Source: Eledone cirrhosa
Lineage: Eukaryota
Direction of reading: 5' to 3'
Length of the DNA stretch: 64,000 nt
NCBI GenBank assembly: GCA_964016885.1
Contig: OZ024750.1
Location: forward strand, 20,336,001-20,400,000
Position numbers and translations under genes: made by a program. Every line of letters begins with the position of its first letter. Within the stretch, counting starts at the first letter, position 1. Under the pieces are notes generated by a model, which made no database searches, was not told where the DNA came from, and worked only from the letters and a program-made list of their open reading frames with translations. Below, one piece after another: positions 56,954 through 64,000 of the stretch.

Positions 56954-57394
56954 CGTGTGTGTGCGCGTGTGCTATGTTTGTGAGTGTGTGTGTATATAAA
57001 GAAAGTCGTCAAGTGCAGGAATGCTAAACATAGCTTTAAAAATGTGGCGAACACCCTTAAAGAACGGAAATTGCCATCGACCGCTATGAGGAATTGGAAC
57101 CCATATCTTCCGGATACCGACACAGGTTGGCTCAAGAATTCAGGAAACTCACTTTTCCAGATTGCTGGTCTTGATTAATATGAATTAGTGGGCTTTCTTC
57201 AAGAACACGTTTCATCGTTCCAAGATAGTGGACTCTTACCCATATATTATAAAAAGTAAGCCTCATAACTTCACATTTAACTATGATATCTGGGATAAAT
57301 CTCAACCATTCAATTAAGCAGTGTCTTATTAATAAGTTTGTAGTATTTATGTCTTCAAAATAGGGAACGTAAAAACGGAATTAGACTACAAATA

Positions 57395-57531
57395 ATTGTT
57401 TCTAGTTTTTGGCACAAGGCCAGCAAATATTCCAGTACATTACTGGTACTTTATTTTATCGACCCCGTAAGGATGAAAGGCAAAGTTAACCTCGGCGGGA
57501 ATTGAACTCAGATCGTAAAGAGACGTAACTA
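57395..57531 (-). mobile_element. tRNA-derived SINE, partial
   Basis: Reverse complement of core and tail. Confidence 0.9.
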
Positions 57532-57900
57532 TAAATAATAACAAGATTTTAGTGCCTAAATTCCCAATGTGGATACTACATTTTTCCCTGTTTCAAAATA
57601 CATTGGTTTGGCGATGTTTGATTATTTGTATATTGTCTTTATTCCAGAATTTAAGCTGAGTAATTCAAACACACGCATATATGATAGAAATATAACAACA
57701 CGTGTCAGCAGTTTTTTCATATCCAAACACATTTTGCAAAGGATAATTACGTTATTTTTTTCTTTTCAGAATGAATATTCAGGTGTGTGTATATATCTAA
57801 GAACAGCAGCAGAAACTCACACCAACACACACACAAATATATATATATTTATTTATATATTGTTTGTGTGTGGATGTATCTGTAGAAGTTCTTGTGAGTA

Positions 57901-57954
<54 letters not shown>

Positions 57955-58577
57955 TATAATATATTCAACTATTAACCTACATTGTTCTAAATGTAATATT
58001 GCATGCTATTATACCAATCTTGTTTTTACATTATTCCTGCTGCGCTTTAAAACAGAAATATCGATAATTGAATGCGATATTAAAGTCAACCGGAAGTTGC
58101 CTATATTTAACGACATGGTGTTTCAAATATATATGTATATGTATATATATATGTGTGTGAGTGTGTGTGTTTGTGTGTGTTTGTGTGTTTGTGTGTATAT
58201 ATATATATGTGTATGTATACATATATATATGTATGTATATATACACGTACACATATATATATATACACGCACACATATATATATATACACGCACATATAT
58301 ATATATATATATACTGTTATTATGCTGAACTGGAATTTAAAACAAAGTTTTAATGTTTTTTTTTTTGTTTCTGTATTTACATATTTGATAGTTAAAACCG
58401 GTGATTACCAATTCCATTTGTTAAAATGAATTAGTTACAAATATATCGTTATAGTTGTATATATATATATATGTATAAATATGTTGTTATATTTGGGGAC
58501 GGTCATAGTGTTATAATATTGCCAGAAGTAATAATAAAACACACACAGTATTTATCATTGATTTAACAACGATGAGA

Positions 58578-58615
<38 letters not shown>

Positions 58616-58749
58616 GCCTATCAAAGTTATTTCAGAACACAATGAAAGGAATCCAGTTCCTCAGAGAAATAACAACACAACCAGGAGCTGGACATATAGT
58701 AAAACACACTTCAAAAACATGTGTACTTGTCTTTCCGACACCAATTCGG

Positions 58750-58804
58750 ACTGCCTGAAGAGGTCACAGCCAACGATAGCTGTTACCGAAATATATATAG
58801 CAGT
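58750..58804 (+). ncRNA. Type I hammerhead ribozyme motif (family I)
   Basis: ACTGC-CTGAAGA-GGTcACAGC-caacgata-GCTGTtACC-GAAA-TATATA-TA-GCAGT. Canonical G10.1-C11.1 pair. Predicted cut after A58799. Confidence 0.85.
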
Positions 58805-58881
58805 ATATCTATAATTTATAATAAACGAAGCCAAATGTTATATACTTGACTTAATTATTTTATATATATATATATATATAT

Positions 58882-59096
58882 ATTTATTAAAATAACAGAT
58901 TAAAGTTTAAGCAAAGAATCGCTGCTTTCACCCTTAACGGGAGTTTCAGAAGATCCTGTTAAGGGTGAAATTAGCGATTATTTGCTTAAACTTTAATCTG
59001 TTATTTTAATAAATATTTGCTCTACGGTTCTTATATATTTGATATATATTTATCCTTATCGAGCCCTCTTTGGATTTTAGTCTTCAAATTTATTAT

Positions 59097-59100
<4 letters not shown>
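58882..59100 (+). mobile_element. Fold-back element family E copy
   Basis: Palindrome centred at 58948 plus the same tail as 17583-17670 (reverse complement). Confidence 0.85.
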
Positions 59101-59139
<39 letters not shown>

Positions 59140-59550
59140 TGTGTAGAAGCTGTAGAGATTCGTGTGTGTTTTTGTACCCCTTCGTATTTGAAAGAACATG
59201 CATTTTCATTACAGGTGGGGGAGGGGGGATATTATAATCAAACAGATTAATAAAATTTTAAAAAAGTACCTCCCTAACTAGAACACCTGTATAGTCAATG
59301 GTATGATTGTACTTATCCTGTATTCTCTATTATATATATAAATATATAGTCTTCAAATTTATTATTATTACTACATATATATATATATATGTGAAGTAAT
59401 TCCATCGGAAAAGTCCAGGAAAAAAAGAGTGCTCTATGTATGCAACAGAGCTTAATTATTATTATTATGTAATAAACAACATGTTATGTTGTTTATTACA
59501 TAATAATAATATATATATATATATGCAGATATATATATATATACATATAT

Positions 59551-59758
59551 ATTAATAAAAGGAATTCCAGCTTTGTCTGATTTACTCGTTTTATTTACAA
59601 TCCTTTAAATGTATAATGGTATTATAATCCTTTAATGTATAATCGTATTAGAATGAAATAGTATGGTACAATATTAAATGTTAAGTGTTAATAGAACAAG
59701 TACTTTTATGCTTTCGCAATCTTCAGGTTCAAATGTGGTGACAGTCAAGTTTTCAATG
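59551..59758 (-). mobile_element. Family H copy, degenerate (GAAA mutated to AAAA)
   Basis: Collinear with 41810-42000; internal duplication at ~59625-59650. Confidence 0.8.
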
Positions 59759-59783
59759 TTGAATATACACACACGTGTGTATT

Positions 59784-59834
<51 letters not shown>

Positions 59835-59858
59835 ATATATATATATATGTATGTATGG

Positions 59859-59902
<44 letters not shown>

Positions 59903-59917
59903 GTGTGTGTGGGGGGG

Positions 59918-59969
<52 letters not shown>

Positions 59970-62900
59970 AATTGTAGGATTGTAGAAGAAGCACGTGGTG
60001 GCAACGTAAGCCACTTAAATATATTAACATTCCAACGCCATTATGTTTCCTTTCATATTATATTAGGCATTCTGCAGGCCTCTCATTAAAATGAGAGAAT
60101 TTGAACATACTTACAATAATTGTTTGAAATGCTGCCATTATCATAGTTCTTTGTAATAATTAAACTAATTATAAACCATGCACTGTATATGTGTGCATAT
60201 GTGTACTTGTATGGGTGTATGTTTGAGTGGGTATGTATGTGTATGTGTGTGTGTCTGCGGGTGAAATAATCGGCATTGATATATTCCAGTTTGTGGGTCC
60301 TTACTTAAAATGTTATTGATCTGTAGTATATATATTTGATTTATAATATTTGACCAATCCTCAAAATATTGAATGGCATGGAAAAATCTCATTGCACTCA
60401 ATGTATTGATTCCAAAGCACATAACAATGTCACACCTGGCAAAATTTGAGATAGAATATCCACATATATAGTGATATATTCACACTGATCTCATCCATCT
60501 TCGCAACAACTACATCACATTTGCGTTGTTAGAGCTGTACTACATACAAATAATAAATTTACAAAGAGTAATATAAGCTTACTCGATTATTAATTAATAC
60601 CAACTGAAGATGCACAACGAGACTGGAACATGATCTACATCTGAATTGGTAGATCTCAAGATGAGATGGTTTCCTTACTTTGCCTGGCACGATTTTAGTT
60701 CAAAGCACCCCTCAGGGATTAAAATCCTAAAATATACTTGGGAAAAATCCCGTGGGGTTGGTAACACAAATTTATTATAAAAACAGCAATGAGTGGAGGA
60801 GCATTGTCGTCGTCTACGTCTGTAGTTGACGTATGATGATGACGATGAAGATGATAATGAATATAACGGATAATTATTTCCCTCCATAATTACATTTTTG
60901 GACTAGACTTTTAGATATTCTAATAAAACGCTAGGCACAATGATCTCCCATTCCTCATTTAACTACGCCTTTCACTTTCCTTTTCACAGGAAACGTTTTC
61001 CTATAGCACCTACCAAGTGAATTGGACGTATTTATTAGAATTCACTCCACAACCCCATGGTTGACCTTCCAACATGTCTAACCCAGCGAAACTAGCTTCC
61101 TCTTTCGTATTATGCGATGATTTTCTTGAATCCACACCACTTTCCAATTGTCTAATTTCGTATATTATATCAGGTGAGATTCCTGAGTTGTAGTTATATA
61201 TACAAATATATTTAACCTGTAGTATAACCAGTAAATTCTACTCCTGTGTAATTCTAGTATCCCTGTTGATCGTCAAACTATATAATTGTTAAATCAAAGA
61301 AAATAAAAAAAATTAACGGTTAAATTAAGACATTTATTGAAACCATCAAATGAAAAAAGATGGTGAGAACGATCACAATCAGGAAATAAATTGCTTTATG
61401 ATATTTCCTTTACTTTTTATTTTTTTTTTAGATTTTTCCGAGATGAAATTATTTGAAGATTTATTTCGGCTTCCATCTCTCTGGCTTTGATAAATAATTT
61501 ACTCTTAATTATCTTAGTGTTTTACAAGTTTCAGTTATTAGCTGTCAGCCCTCTTGTGGCACCAGTTTGACTTATTTCTTTCTGTGATATGAGGTGAAAT
61601 TTACCTTTTGTCCTTTTGAAGTCGGCAAAAAAAATATAAGTACAATCAGGCCTACCAAACTCTTAAGATTCAAACGGGGAGTACCATGAAAAACGTCTCC
61701 AAATCGGGGAGGAATGATGCCAAGTGGAGGGATTTTACATAATGAAAACTATATCAATTCCAGAGTGAGTGGGAAATCTCCCTGTCGGACAAGGGAGAGT
61801 TGACAGTTCTGGTATAATATTGAGGATAATTATTCTTTTATGTGTCTTTTTCACTTAATTCCACTTAATTCCCCATCCTTGTCTATCTTAGGGAGAAATG
61901 TGTATGCATATGAAGAGATTTGGGGTCCGCCCAAAACATACCGTATCTTAAAACACAACCTCTACCACTCAAACCGGAATTAAAGAACCATTGATAGATA
62001 GACGATATTATTAGATAGATTGACGACTAGCTACATTCTGCTATACCCCTGTATTTGTAATGTATTTATGTAGTGAATTCCAACGGAATTTCCCATATCT
62101 ATGCATATTAATTCCATATAAGTCTGGCTTTCCGATATTAGTCATCTTATATATCTAAACTGGATATTTTACTCAGTTATGTAACCAATTCACATCTCAC
62201 AACCCCCCTGTCTTTGTATACCAAGGTATTTCTAAATAATAGCATTTACTGTTGTCTAGATATATCCCTTCCCGATAGACTAATAAAGTCGAGATACTAA
62301 GTTGATTTCCCTATAATAAAATCACCATCACTGCTGAAGATTTTCTTAAACGCTGTATAAAGATTACATTCCAAGTTGCACTAATGGAAAACAAGTTTAT
62401 CTTTCTTTTTACTCATTATTATCAAATAAATTAACACAGTAGCTAATTGAAGACAGATAAGACATTATCTGTAACAATGTGCCACTTAGAACAATGTTTA
62501 TTGTGTTTTTCTTATTTTATGAGAATGTATTTATGGGGTTTCTCCTGAGAAAGTTATGCAATAAATTGACGCAAATTAATGGCAATAGATAAGGTTAAAG
62601 ATTAATGACTTGGTATCAATTCCAGTCTGGAGAATATTAAATGCATTCAATTGAATGTTTGTGTTTATTAAGGAAACTTTCAAATTAACAGCGGTGAAAT
62701 TGTTGTATAAGGAGAATGGTATAAGCGCTTGTAGACAACTAGACTTTTCATTTGGCGTTATTGTAATGCTTACCATAGTACAACAAAATCATATATATGC
62801 ATACATTATTAACTATAAGAGCAAAATACCCACCTTTGCCTTATATTAAAAGACAGTGTTGGGTATATCTTTCGAAACAAGGAGGGAGGAAAACATAAAT

Positions 62901-63785
62901 TAGGTGTTGCCCCGATTTCCAAACTTAGATTTATAATATTTGGAGAAATATAAGCCTGATAAGAATAGCGTTGTATCGCAACTAGAGATTTTCGTCACAT
63001 CTGATGATGTTGTAAAAGGGCCTTCATGCCACTTTAACCCGGTGCAGCATATTACACTCCAGGCCTAAAGACTATACAATAATAATTGTGATGTTACGTG
63101 AATTATTAATTACTGTGTTGGACTCGTGATCACAAGTTCGTCTTTAGCGGAAACTGAACGTGTCGTCCTTTATCAAGATGTTACATTTCACATTGCATTT
63201 AAGGATTAGACTTGGAACAATATCAGAAAGCCCAAGTAACGTTCTATTTGAAATAGCCCAGCAGGAGGCTCAGCAAAATCTCTGTAGATGTGGGCACTGT
63301 GAAAAACATATATAAGAGAATATATAATAGAGGAAGGGTCCATATCAATAAAGTTGAGAAGATGAGAATTCTGGATTTGATAGAATCTCGTAGGGGCCAA
63401 CTAAACATACATAGGTGTGGGCTATAACAACTACACGCTGGTTAGACTGGGGTTCATTTTATTTAAGCAATCAAGACAACTCATAAGAATTACAACATCG
63501 TGTTAAGGCAAGGTAAATATACGTTGGTTGGTGTGTATGATAGGAGTGGAGAATTTATTATTGAAAATCAGAGAAAACATTTATGAGATACAACATCGTA
63601 GAAGGCTAGCTAAACGTGCATAGGAGTGAGTTCTAAATTTCATTTTATCTTTAAAGATAACCAAATCTATTGAAACAAAATCTCAAACTTGGAAATTATG
63701 ACCATAAAATCTATTAACATTAGGTCGATGAATAACGAAGGCATACATACACACACGCACACACATACATGCATACATATACATA

Positions 63786-63824
<39 letters not shown>

Positions 63825-64000
63825 TCATATACACAGCGAGAGAAAACAAACTACATAAAAGCCACACAATACATCAAAGCACAACATATCCCCCATTATT
63901 ATAAGCCATAACAACTTACATCAACGGAAGTATGAACAGAAATGAATATGAGCAAACATCAAAGAGAAAAACCATATAAAATGGTATAAAACTGTAAATG

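Noticed and set aside
62850-63420. Possible FLYWCH/MULE transposase remnant on the minus strand (KCNVKC..CDHE)
   Set aside because: Requires multiple frameshifts; cannot be supported without tBLASTn or HMM search.

Overview
AT-rich, microsatellite-saturated animal genomic DNA with no convincing host gene. Nearly all ORFs in the track are artefacts of (TA)n/(CA)n tracts. The dominant tRNA-derived SINE resembles octopod (cephalopod) SINEs (inference from recall, not a search). Conventional content: about 15 SINE copies, two Tx1/L1-type ORF2 3' fragments, a decayed RTE reverse transcriptase, a tail-to-tail pair of non-autonomous RTE derivatives, a non-autonomous Helitron and a TG...CA TIR element. 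The main unexplained signal is at least 9 distinct families of short (0.2-0.45 kb) non-coding elements sitting in (TA)n tracts. Most share one architecture: (TA)n - inverted arm - 1-9 nt fold-back junction - sense arm - unique 3' tail - (TA)n. The arms contain minimal type I hammerhead ribozyme motifs (CUGANGA, or a U3-A8 variant UUGAAAA; helix II; GAAA; palindromic helix III; NUH; helix I). They are best read as non-autonomous Penelope-like element (PLE) derivatives. They show fixed arm boundaries, covarying stems and class-specific tail motifs (GAGTGCTT; ACTCGTGTnnnACACCTC). All structures were folded by eye and catalytic activity is untested.
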